Shown: positions 27,228-38,945 of the stretch, in pieces
How positions within the stretch are numbered: the stretch's first letter is position 1
How the letters are laid out: each line of letters begins with the position of its first letter
Source of the DNA: Eledone cirrhosa
Lineage: Eukaryota
Direction: 5' to 3'
NCBI GenBank assembly: GCA_964016885.1
Contig: OZ024742.1
Coordinates: forward strand, 38,254,001-38,318,000
Length of the DNA stretch: 64,000 bases
Notes under the pieces: model-generated
Databases searched by the model: none
Seen by the model: only the letters and a program-made list of their open reading frames with translations
Told to the model about the DNA's origin: nothing
Program-made: the position numbers and the translations under genes

Positions 27228-27429
27228 AAAGGGCAATGATGGTTGTCAAACACTGTACGGCTTAATTCGGGCTGTTTGTTTACAAACAAACCGAACATTA
27301 TAATATGTGTTCGTACACTCATATGTACATATATATATATATATGTGTGCATGTATGTATGTATATATATACTACTGTACATCTGTATACATATATGTAT
27401 GTACGTATACATACTTATATATATATATA

Positions 27430-28395
27430 TAGGGTGCGGACGATATTTGTTCGCAAGATTACTGTCTATGAAAAAATAACACAGTAGTTTTATTTTTTAA
27501 GATATCTTTATCAAACTTGGGTCAGTTTGTCTTCATGACTTGTTCTTTCGATCTCACTCGATAAACCCGCCATTGGCTTTGATGACGGCCTCAGAACCGG
27601 CTACAGGCCTTCGTCACTGCCCCTGACTTAGGCCCCTAAAAGCACATGTGATCCTGGCCTTCAGATCGTCTTTCATATTGCAGCTAGATCTGTTGGTGTC
27701 TCATTCCATTGCTCCCCACACAAAGAAGTCAAGGGGGTTGCAGTCAGGTGAGCTGGGAGGCCAGATGTCAGGTGAAGTGTGGTCGACGAAGTTCTCTGAC
27801 AGTCAGGCTTAGGTCTTTCAGCTGGTATGGCAGGGCGCTGAGTCTTGCTGCCACACATACGGCCTACCTGCAGCTACCTGGTTGATCCAGGGCTTTACTA
27901 CCTCGCTCAGAATGCGGATGTAGCCATCAGTGTTCAGCTTGAGGCCCTCAGGGAAGAAGTGAGGTGGCATGACGTCACCTTGACTGCTGACGATACCTAA
28001 GACCAATGTTGTCGCTGGAAACTTTGTCTGCATGACTCTGGGCACGTCTTTGGATGAGACAGCGAGCCACCTGTTGTTCTGGGAGTTGATCTCCTGGTCT
28101 TGGCAGAAGTTTTCCCGTCGGAGACAGCATGCCTGGCTCCAGTGGGTGTTTCAACTTGTTGATCAGCTTCTTTGCGTGCTTCAGTCGCTTTTCTTGCATC
28201 GCCTTTGACAGAAATTGTCCTTTCCTCATCTTGTATGAAACGTAGCGAATGTCTTCATGTACCACCAGCCTAATGAGCTTTTCATCCACGCCTTTCTCCC
28301 TTGCAATGGCACGCATCGACTTGCTAGGTTCATTGTTGATGACATTCTGAACTTCAGCAATGAACTCGGGCGTTCTGAAGGCGTCAGATCGATGA
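27430..28395 (-). mobile_element. Tc1/mariner maT (DD37D-like) transposon, 3' half with TIR
   Basis: KSMRAIARE..IRLVVHEDI, QTKFPATTLVLG.VS..GDVMPPHFF, PYVWQQDSAPCHTS; TIR TAGGGTGCGGACGATATTTGTTCGCAA at 27430-27456 next to (TA)n. Confidence 0.85.
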
Positions 28396-28576
28396 TCATA
28401 TATATAATAAAATAAATATGGTTTTATAAATATAGTTTCCATTTATTTAATATCATTCTGAGTTCAAATCCCACCGAGGTTAACTTTGCCTTTCATCCTT
28501 ACGGGGTCGATAAAATAAAGTACCAGTAATGCACTGGGAAATTGCTGGCCTTGTGCCTAAAGTAAAAACAATTATT

Positions 28577-30565
28577 AACATCACCGTTTAATGTCTATTT
28601 TTCCACGCTTGCATGGTTTTAGATGAGTTGTCCCATTGTGAGACAAACCCGATCAGACGACCATACAGAACTGATTTGGGCTTGGTTTCTATGGCTGGAT
28701 GCCCTTCTTAATGCCAACCACATTTACAGTATGTACTGGACGCTTTTTGTTGTGACACTGACACAACCGCAATACAGTGTAGATGGCACCTTTTGTCGTG
28801 ACACCTACATGGCTACTTTACAATGTGGACTGGGCACTTTTTGTCGTGACACCTACACGACTACTTTACAATGTGGACTGGGCACTTTTTTGTCGTGACA
28901 CCTACACGACTACTTTACAACGTGGATTGGGCACTTTTTGTTGTGACACCTATACGACTACTTGACAATGTGGGCTGTGCACTTTTTGTCGTGACACCTA
29001 CACGACTACTTTACAATGTGGACTGGGCACTTTTTGTCGTGTCACCAACACGACCACTTTACAGCATGGACTGGGCGCTTTTTGTTGTGACACCAAAATG
29101 ATCACTTTACATTGTGGATTGGGGGCTGGGGTGAGGAAGGCGCATGAGGATGGGAGAGGTAGATCTAGGGGTAGGGGACTTTTCAGATGAGGGGTGGGGT
29201 GGGGACGTGGGTGAAGGGTGGGGTGTTATGACGTGGGTGGAGTGTTAGAACAGGGGAGGGGAAGGCAGGGGAAAGTGGTGCATATTGAATGTATGCTTCA
29301 ACCTGTACACATGGGAAGGCAGGTTGTCTGTATTACTGCATAATTCCAGAGATCTTGATCCCATGTCATTGTTTTTGAGAGGTGCAATTGTGCAAGGTCA
29401 GCCTTTATCACCTCATCCAAAGTCTTTCTACTCCATAGCTACCATCAACTTTGAACACCCTGCACCTTTTTATACAGCTGTCATCCATCATATGCATCAC
29501 AATCTCCTCTCCTGCACACTGCATCTGATCCCTCATATGCCCAATTTCCTCTCAGTTCATTTATGCTTTCTTGTTCATGTATATTACTATTACACATCCA
29601 ACAAAGCATGCCAGCTTCATTTCTTTCCAATCTTTGCAGGTTCTCTGCACACCAGGTCTCACTACTATGCAAAGTCTTGCTTGTATACACGCATCATACA
29701 ACCTGCCCTTAATTTTGAGGAAAAAACCTTTTATAGCAGTGTTAGTAGCTCCCCGAACATTTTCTATCTCGTCCTCATTCTGGCTGCCGTACTTTCGGAA
29801 TAGCCATCTCCACTGCTAATTTGGTAACTCAGGTAACAGAAGCTGTCAACTGCTTCTACAGAACCTTTCAAGAATTTGATAGCACTTGTTTCCTGTGAGC
29901 ATTTTATACTTATTCCTCCTATGCGACAGCCACATGTAAAACCTATGTTCTTAGCTAACTTACCTTAGATCCCACTACATCTCTTGTGCACCCATAGTTT
30001 GCATTTAGGACAGAGGATGGAATATCTACTCACCCCATTCCTACACACTGAGCAGGGCCATTTCCTAGAAGGGATCAGGTCCTTATTTTCCTTACTACTT
30101 ACTAGAACTTTGGTTATTGCCAAGTTGACTTGGCCTGGAGGAGAATAATAAAGAGGAGAGGGCTAAAGACTCCAACTTGCGCACTAAACTCCTTGCTATA
30201 TTATTAATTTTAACCTTGCTGACAGTACCTCTGTACATGGCTTATACCGTCCTCACAAGCCATTCTTCTATTCTCTTCTTAAGTGGTCACCAGATTACAG
30301 AATGAGGGCCCCTATCAAAAGCTTTCTCTAGATCAACAAATGTCAAGTAGAGGGGTTTGCAGTTGCCTCACAAAGAAGAGGGCACCCATGGTACTTCTTT
30401 CTGGGACAAATCCAAATTGCATCTCATCTAAGTTAATTTGATCTCCAATAAGTTGTACAATGACTCTGTAACTTTTATGACCTGGTCCATTAGTTTTATG
30501 CTTTGGTAGTTCCCCCTGTCTAGAGCATCACCCTTGCCGTTGAAGCAGTCGACGACGATGCTACA
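28577..30565 (-). mobile_element. Degenerate RTE LINE including a 3' UTR with an expanded 48-bp minisatellite
   Basis: Minus-strand remnants such as LHSSETW..LQRLERNEAGML, FVDLEKAFDR and GKWPCSVC, followed by the same 3' tail as other copies. Confidence 0.85.
28723..29122. repeat. About 48-bp minisatellite (about 8 copies) in an RTE 3' UTR
   Basis: Unit CTTTACAATGTGGACTGGGCACTTTTTGTCGTGACACCTACACGACTA, the same family as 15708-15940. Confidence 0.88.
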
Positions 30566-30899
30566 GTCATACAGACTCTATCTATTTAAGAAAAGGAAAA
30601 TGAGTTGATCTTTTTAGTTCCATGTATCAATTCAGCCACAACATAATTTACAATCTGGGCAGTGACATACCGATGTAGCAGATACAAATCAAACAATATA
30701 TTCTTCCAAGAACTATAGTTTTTCATGTCAATAAATGTACATTTATTTATTTAATGATTTTCCCATCACTACGATGAAGTCTATGCTCGCTGATGAGGTT
30801 GAAATAAGAGAGAAACATGTCGGAATTGTTCCTCGTACTTTCGAAATATTTAACATTATATCAACTATTGATTAATAACGTTTTTTTTCTTTACCGCAT

Positions 30900-31111
30900 A
30901 ATCATTTATAATTAACTTTTTGATGTGACACGCATTTATAACGGTTGCCACTAACTTAACAAGGGTCTCTATTGCTTTCCAACCCCAAATTATCTACGAA
31001 TTGCTGTTTATATAAACTATCTTCTCGTTCGTCCATTGCAAGCACATTAACAGTATTATGACCAATCATAGATCATTTTCTGATTCACTTCGGCAAATGT
31101 AGCTTGCAAAC
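30900..31111 (+). promoter_or_regulatory. Putative TXNDC15 promoter / 5' UTR
   Basis: Non-repetitive, CpG-retaining sequence directly upstream of the ATG, with a CCAAT box at 31062-31066 (GACCAATCA) and an X-box-like GTTGCCACTAAC at 30944-30955. Confidence 0.5.
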
Positions 31112-31169
31112 ATGGCTGCCCCCAGCATGTTTGTTTGTGTTTGCAGTCTGGCAGTATTTGTAACATTAG
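31112..31169 (+). CDS. TXNDC15: TXNDC15 coding exon 1 (signal-peptide-like MAAPSMFVCVCSLAVFVTL, phase-1 end)
   Basis: ATG in good context (AAACATGG), a hydrophobic 19-aa leader and a G|GTAAGA donor. The leftover G joins TT of exon 2 to give GTT (Val) in the frame of the 38912 ORF. Confidence 0.8.
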
Positions 31170-34014
31170 GTAAGAGAAAAGAACCATTTTCTATTGTAAT
31201 ATATGATTATGCGTATTGTAAATTTAATAATGCTTCTGTATATATAAGAGATTTGGTCGGTAATTATCAAGAAACAAAACAAATGGTTGATGTGTTTTAC
31301 GAACGGCCTGAGCGTAAAAAATATTAGAGGTGTTTATAAGCATTTTCTGTGTTCCTTATTGATAATAATTCCAAGTAGGACTCTTATACCACTGTCTAAA
31401 TTGTTGATGTATTTTTATATTCTGTCATTGTGCTGGTGCTGTTCGCGCACTTGCCTTTCTCGACAATATAACAGTTTCGTTCTCCGCCGAAGCGATTAAA
31501 TTTCTTTTACGTCACAAATATTATTGAGAAAGACACGACCGTCACATATCTCACCTAGGGAATCCCTATGCAACTGTTTGATCTGCTAGAAATAGCTGTC
31601 AGGTCTTCAAATAAAAATAGGACTCACTCAATATGCGGCGATCTTTCGTAAGTAGTAAACGGAATGTTCTTCGCCTACCTCCCGTAAACAGAATGTAAAG
31701 AATAAAATTTGTTTTCCGACAGTCATATTCATAAAGCACGGCTTGTCATACCGAGCTGAACCTATTTACCAAGTATGCCCAAGCTGTAATCAATATTCCT
31801 TCAATTTGGGAGTCAACTAGATGACTTACTCTTTGACCCTGGGTAAGAGGTAGATGGCTCATTTGGGACACCACAACGAGCGACTCTTTAGCTCCTTCCC
31901 ACACCTTAGATGTTACGGCGAAGATGAGGGTCAGTCAGAATAAAATTCTAAAATTCCAGGAATTATCAGCAGACTATTGATTCTTATCATTTTTAGGGTG
32001 CTCGCCTTCCTGACGACATATCTGGTGGTGCTTGTGAAGGTGTTTGGATATTCCAGTGTGGAAATGACTTGTGTTTCTTTGTATGCATTTTATCCCCCCC
32101 CCCCTCTTTGTATGCATTTTATTCCCCCCCCCCTCCCTCTCTATATATAAAAGCTGACCTTGCACAATTACACCTCTCAGGACCGTGAACTCTGCGGCTA
32201 TGTAGTTTTACAGAAGACCCACCCTCTATTATTCCCAGGCTGAGGCTTATACTTAGTAGGCAACACCTTCCTCAACCTTCTATCTCCTCTCGTTCATTCC
32301 CTTAGCGGTAACCATACCTCCCCTACTACCTTGTCCTCATTTTCCCCAAGCTCCCTCCCCTCTCTCCCTAGTCCCAAGACAAGCGTCCCCAGGCCCCACT
32401 CTAAAGTGGTCGTGTTGGGGACATGACAAAGGTGTCCAGTGCACACTGTAAAGTGGTCACGTAGGTGTCACAACAAAAAGCACCCAGCACACACTGTAAA
32501 TGTGGTTGGTGGTAGGAAGGGCACCCAGCTGTAGAAACCAAGCCAAAATCTGCCCTGGGTGAGCTAAACATGGTCCTCTGACTTGTTTTTTCCCTATGGG
32601 TCAATACGTCCTACCTATGAATGATAGACGCTAATTGATGAGGTTGATGATATATTTATATGTGTATATATATGAAGTATGTATATGTACAATATGTGTA
32701 TGTATATTACATATATATGGTATATGCATATGCACGCAAATATATATATGTGTATATCATTATCATGATGTGTATGTATATGCATGTGTGTATATATATA
32801 TATATTATAAGACTTGAAACCCGCAGCGCCACCGGTTATTGATCGCCAAACAGTACCTTTAAATTCTAGGCTTAATCACAACTTTTAACTTTATCATGCC
32901 TCCTTCTACTAGCACTTAACTTAATCCCCCACCAGTGTGAATAACTAGTAATCGTTTGGTATATACGATGGCCAGGCGACGGTGGCGGACTTCCCGTTAG
33001 CACACCCGACGCTTAAGACAGTTACATTCCTGGAGTGCTCGGAAAAATAAATTTCCATTTCTTTCGCTAGACGATAATACTTGGAACGCCTGACATGCCG
33101 TTGGACCTCGGGCTGGCCGGGGTCCGCAATGTCGTTGTTTATTGACCGCTATTACTCTATATTCTACCCTGAAACTTTATCGAGACTATCTATAATACAC
33201 TTAAACTTTTTCATAAAAGCCTCCTTCTCTAAATTCCTTTAACTAAATCTCATAACTTTAAACCTAAACCTTATTTTTCTAATTTCATCTTAAATGGCAT
33301 CTTCTAAACCTAAACATAAATTTAACGTTTCTAATTGTTAATCGTAATTTCTGTCCATACATTATACCATGCAGACGCCCACTATATATTACTATATGTA
33401 GCTTTGTTGAAGAGATATATGCTCATTGAAATAATATTTTTTGCGGCACTTTCTAGCACGCATGACCAGCTTGATTGTAAACTGATCTCAACGCTGGCCT
33501 CTGTCTTTGACGGGGTGGTAGTAGTACACCACAAGCCTACGCCCCTTCACCCGATGGACATAAGTAGGCTTAATAATCACCACTTGAGGGCGGCCGACCG
33601 GGATAGAAGCTGCTAAATGTTCGGTCGCCCTCATATCTCTGATTTTCAGCCCCATGGATTTTGTCTATTATATTCCTTTGTTATATTTCAAATACCTGAT
33701 GATATCACTGGATTCATACTGAACCCGGTCATTGAAATGATCATAGTATAATAAACCTTTCAAGGAATTACACCAGTCCAGCCTCCTGTTATTTTATAAT
33801 AATTAACTCCGTACTCGCACCACCAACTACACAAATGAAGATGGGTGAGTTGCATTACGTTGAGTGCTCTCCATAATATTACATCGAGGTTGACCATACG
33901 GAATGACCAGTTCTATCCAGTGGTAAACCAACAAACCTAAATAAATATATATATATATATATATATATATCAATGATATTAAATAAATGGAAACTATATT
34001 TATAAAACCATATT

Positions 34015-34075
34015 TATTCTATTATATATATTTCAAGGGTACCAAAACTTTGGTACGCTTTCATCAGATAAAATA
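34015..34075 (-). ncRNA. Type I hammerhead ribozyme motif (pseudo-LTR-like fragment, antisense in TXNDC15 intron 1)
   Basis: Minus strand reads TATTTTAT-CTGATGA-AAGCGTACCAAA-GT-TTTGGTACCCTT-GAAA-T-ATAT-ATA-ATAGAATA: 8-bp stem I (one G.U), long stem II with one mismatch, palindromic minimal stem III and AUA triplet. Confidence 0.75.
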
Positions 34076-34230
34076 CAAAGTTTGTTTTATAAATATTGAC
34101 ATAACCAGGAAGGAGATCTTAACGGTTCAAATTTTTCCTGGATAGTAAAAGGAAAGAGGGGAAAGAGAGGAAAAGTCAAATATTTCAAATTATTAAGATG
34201 AATATGCAAATATATATATATATATATATA

Positions 34231-37200
34231 TTGGTGTTAGGAAGGGCATCCAACCAGTGTATCAATGCCAAAACAATTATAAGCACAGCAACAAGTATAT
34301 AGGAACAACTAAAATATAAAGACGTCGCATCTCAGAGTTGCAACACTTAATGGTGGCACTCTCACAGGTAGATCTGGGGAAATAGTGGAGATGCTGGAGA
34401 GAAGGCATGTGGATGTGTGCTGCATGCAAGAGGTGAGATGGAGAGGTGCCTCTGCGAGACTAGTCGCAGGCAAACATATTAACTATAACCTTTTCTGGGA
34501 AGGCAAGGATGATGTGTTAGGGGGACTAGGCATTTTCCTGGCTGAGAGATGGATCAATAAGACAATAGAGGTAGTTCGAGTTAATAATAAAATAATTAAG
34601 CTTAGATTAGTTGTAGACTACTGACAATCATCTCTGCTTATGCTCCCCAAGCAGGCCTAGGCAAAGAAGAGAAAGACTGCTTTTACAAGCAACTTTTACA
34701 AACAGCCGCAATGACAGAGGACGGAGACATCGTTATGCTAGCAGGGACTTCAATGGTCATGTTGGACAGCTCCAGGATGGTTACACTGGGGTACATGGTG
34801 GGCACGGTTACGGCTCAAGAAATGAAGAAGGAGTGAGACTTCTTGAATTTTGTGATGCAAGTAACTGACTATTTGAAACACTAACTTCCAGAAACCTGCC
34901 AATCACCTAATAACCTACAAATCAGGCGAGCACATAAGCCAGATTGACTTCTTACTAGTTAGGCAGCGGGACAGGCAGATGGTGTCAAATACCAAGGCAT
35001 ACCCTGGGGAAGAATGTACCCCACAGCATAGGTTAGTCGTTAGTGATATCTCAGTAAGCAAGAGATGGAATGAGACATACAGGAAGGTGTGGAGAAGAAA
35101 GGTCTGGAAGCTAAAAGACCTTTCACTAAAATACAAATTTAGGAAAGCCCTTCAAGATGTGTATGACGAAAAAGAAGACGATTTAGAGACGTATGACATA
35201 GATAATAACTGGAATTTCTGACGTGACAACTTTCTGCAGGCTACTGATGAAACTTGTGGCTGGAGCAGAGTTCCAACCAGACAGAGAGTGACCTGGTGGT
35301 GGAACAGCACAGTAGATAAGGCCATTAGAGACAAAAGACTAGCATGGAAGGCTTGGAAAAAGGGTGGGAGTAGAGAAGGATATACAGCCGCTAAGTGAGA
35401 AGCTAGATGTCAGGTGTACTTAGCACGCAGGGAGGTTGAGAGTAGGAGGTTTGCCAATGTTCTGTGACGGGAAGATCAGATGCGTGCGGTGTTCCACATT
35501 GCAAGGCAGTGTGTCAATGCAAATCAGGATGTTGTTGGAGATAAATGTGTCTGGAATGATGCCGGTGTACTTAGTGTCACGAATGATCAGAAAAAGGAGG
35601 CCTGGAAATGTCACTATGAGAGAGTGATGAATGTGGAGAACGAATGGGCGAGAGAGAAATTACCCTCAGTAAATCCGACAGAGGGACCAGCTATTGAGAT
35701 TGACGAATATAGGGTCCAAGAGGCGATTAGGGAAATGAAAAATGGTAAGGTTGCTGGACCGTCGGGGATAGTTGCTGAGATGCTGAAGGCATCAGGGGAC
35801 GTAGGCACTAAACTGGTTGCACGCATCATCAATCAGGCTATATATGGTGGTGTCATACCCAAAGACTGGTGCAGCAGTATTCTCATAAATTGCTACAAAG
35901 GTAAAGGGGATGGTCTGGAGAGGAGCAATTATAGGGGTATAAAACTGATGGATCAGGTTATGAAAGTGGCAGAAAGGATATTAGCACAACTAATTAGAGA
36001 AAGGGTCAAACTAGATGAGATGCAATTTGGTTTTGTGCCTGGGAAAAGTACAATAGATGCCCTCTTCTTGGTGAGACAATTACAAGAGAGGTTCTTAGAG
36101 AAGAATAAGCCACTATACTTAGCCTTTGTTGACTTAGAGAAGGCCTTTGATAGGGTACCTCGATCTGTCATCTGGTGATCCCTAAGGAAACTAGGTGTTG
36201 AGGAATGGCTTGTAAGGACAGTGCAAACTTTGTACAGAGGTGCTGTCAGTAAAGTCAGGGTAGGAATGGAGTTTAGTGAGTAATTCCAGATACAAGTAGG
36301 AGTACATCAAAGTTCGGTCCTCAGCCCGCTCTTGTTCATTATAGTCCTCCAAGCCATAACAGAGGAGTTTAAGACTGGATGCCCATGGGAACTTCTCTAT
36401 GCTGATGATCTGGTTCTTATAGCAGAATCAATAGAGGAGCTAGAGAATAAATTCTGGCTATGGAAACAGCAGTTGGAAGCAAGAGGACTGAGAGTGAACC
36501 TAGCTAAGATAAAAGTGTTGATGAGTAGAAAAGAGGACAAAACTCTGATTCCGTCAGGGAAATGGCCATGTTCGATATGCAGAAAAGGAACTGGCATAAA
36601 TTCTATAAAATGCACACAATGCAGATCCTGGGTACACAAGAGATGTAGTGGGATAGCAGACAAACTAACAGGTAGGGAGAAATACGTATGCAGTAGATGT
36701 ACAGGGAAATTAGACAGAAGTCGCATTGATAGACACATTTTTCAAATGCAGGCGGGTGCTATAGAAGTGGTGGATAGCTTCCGGTACCTAGGAGATCAGA
36801 TTAGCATGGGAGGGGGGTGTTCCGAGGCCATAGTATCTAGAATAAGGACGGGTTGGAAGAATGTTTAGGGAGCTGCTTTCTCTGCTGACAAAGAAGGGTT
36901 TCTCCCTGCGTACGAAAGGCCGGTTATATGATGCCTGTGTGAGGAGCGCGATGCTGCATGGTAGTGAGACATGGGCAGTAACTGCAGAGGATATGCGACG
37001 GCTGGAGAGAAATGAGGCAAGCATGCTCCGTTGGATGTGAAATGTCAATGTGCGTGAACGACCCAGCATGGATGTGTTGAGAGAGAAACTGTGTCTGAGA
37101 GGGATAGAATGTAGTGTGCAAGAGAGGAGACTGCGGTGGTATGGACATGTGATGCGCATGGAAGATGACCGATGGGTGAAGAAGTGCCAGGAAATGCCAG

Positions 37201-37392
37201 TTGAAGGAAGACGTGGTAGAGGTAGACCACGAAAAACATGGGCGGAGGTGGTGAGAACAGACCTCAGATCTCTGAAGCTCACGGTGGAGATGACGAAGGA
37301 CTGTGACAAGTCGAGAGATGCTGTGCTGAATAAGACCCGTCCCACCCTTGCAAGCAGGGAAAAGCGGACGTAAAATAAAGATGATGATGATA
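34231..37392 (+). mobile_element. RTE-clade LINE, near full length, degenerate (intron 1 of TXNDC15)
   Basis: EN start LRVATLNGGTL..CCMQEVRW, RT motifs NYRGIKL, FVDLEKAFDRV, LYADD, C-terminal RLRWYGHV..RGRPRKTW, multiple stops, (GAT)n tail. Confidence 0.93.
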
Positions 37393-37753
37393 TCTATATA
37401 TATATTATGCTGGTGCCACAAAACATCCAGCCCACACTGTAAAGTGATCGTGAAGGTGTCGTGACAAAAAGAACCCAGCCCAAACTGTAAAGTGGACGTG
37501 TAAAAGACACAGCAAAAAGCATCCAGCACACACTGTCAATGTGGTTGGCGTTATGAAGGGTATGTAGCCGTAGAAAACCAGCCAGAAACACTATGAGACA
37601 CAGTTACCCGGCCCAACTTGCCTCTAAATGGGACAAACTCGTCAAACTCATGCTAGTATGGAAGATAGACGTTAATCGATGATGATGATATATATATACA
37701 TACACACATTTAAGTTTGGTGGTTTACCACTGGGTAGAGCTGGTCATTTCCTG

Positions 37754-37900
37754 TAGTTCACCTTGATGTAATAGTAGGAAAAGCACTCGATGTTACGCAA
37801 CTCCTCCATCTTTAATGTTGAATCCTGTTGGTGGATTCAACATCAAAGATGAATGAGTTGCATAACATTGAGTGCTCTTCTTCTACATCATGGTTAACTA
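37754..37900. repeat. Imperfect palindrome (about 70-bp arms, 7-nt loop)
   Basis: ...CATCTTTAATGTTGAATCC tgttggt GGATTCAACATCAAAGATG..., pairing out to TAGTTCACC/GGTTAACTA. Confidence 0.85.
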
Positions 37901-37915
37901 TCTGGCCTCCTGTCA

Positions 37916-37958
<43 letters not shown>

Positions 37959-38945
37959 GACACAAATATATGCCGTTTTATACTTTTCAAGAATGTCTTA
38001 CAAATGCAGTTTGAGGTGGTGCTGCTGGTCGTTAAAAGTTAACTATGATTTTCATCCTTCTGAAGTTAATCATAATAATACTGTATCATAGTTTATTGAA
38101 TAGACTATCATGTTACATTATTAATTCTTATTTTATTAATCCAAGATGAAGAAACTAAAAAAAAGAGACACTAACAAGGTTTGAACTAAAATCTTTGTGG
38201 GGTGAAACTAAATAGTGCAAAAAAGTATTCTATGAAATACATTTTTTATCCCTTTTGCTACCAACCTAACCTAAAACAACTAACTGTGGTTCTATGAAAC
38301 AAACCCACTAATGTTAAAGGGTTCTTATTTAAATTAAAACCTTCCAACAATTTTATATAGAAATCTTTTATTTTGCAAATACTATCTTAATGATGAAATA
38401 ATTAACAATTTTAATAAATCATTCCAAATTCTTCATTAATTAATTGAGATACAGTCACAACAATCTCTCTAGTGCTAATGCCACAAAATGCACCTGGTAC
38501 ACTCTGCAAATTGGTTGGCATTAAGAAGGGCATCTAGACATAGGAAACTTGCTAAACAAAGGTTTAAGAGGACTTTTCAGTTGTGTCAAAGGCACAACTT
38601 CCCTAGTGTTATGATAAAATGCATCCATTACACTCTGTAAAGTGGTTAGTTTTAGAAAGGACATCCAGCCATAGAAAATTTACCAAACTTGAGTTGAGAG
38701 GAATCTTCAGTTGTATCAAAGGCACAATAACTTCCCTAGAGCTGGTGCCACAATAAAAATGTAACCAGTACACTCTTATGCAAGATGCAACCCCTAGCCT
38801 ATCTGTGAGGACCGTGACATCTTTTGAGTGCTGATTTGGTCTGCGACGAGCTCTCCAACCTATGCATGTTAAGTTATATTAATGTATGTCATTAGAAATG
38901 TGATAACGTAAGTGTTTATGGAAACAATATTTTTCTTTCTTTTAG

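Noticed and set aside
30671-30726. Minus-strand first exon from a bidirectional promoter (MKNYSSWKNILFDLYLLH, CG|GTATGT)
   Set aside because: No downstream minus-strand exons could be identified and the peptide is unrecognisable; support is insufficient.
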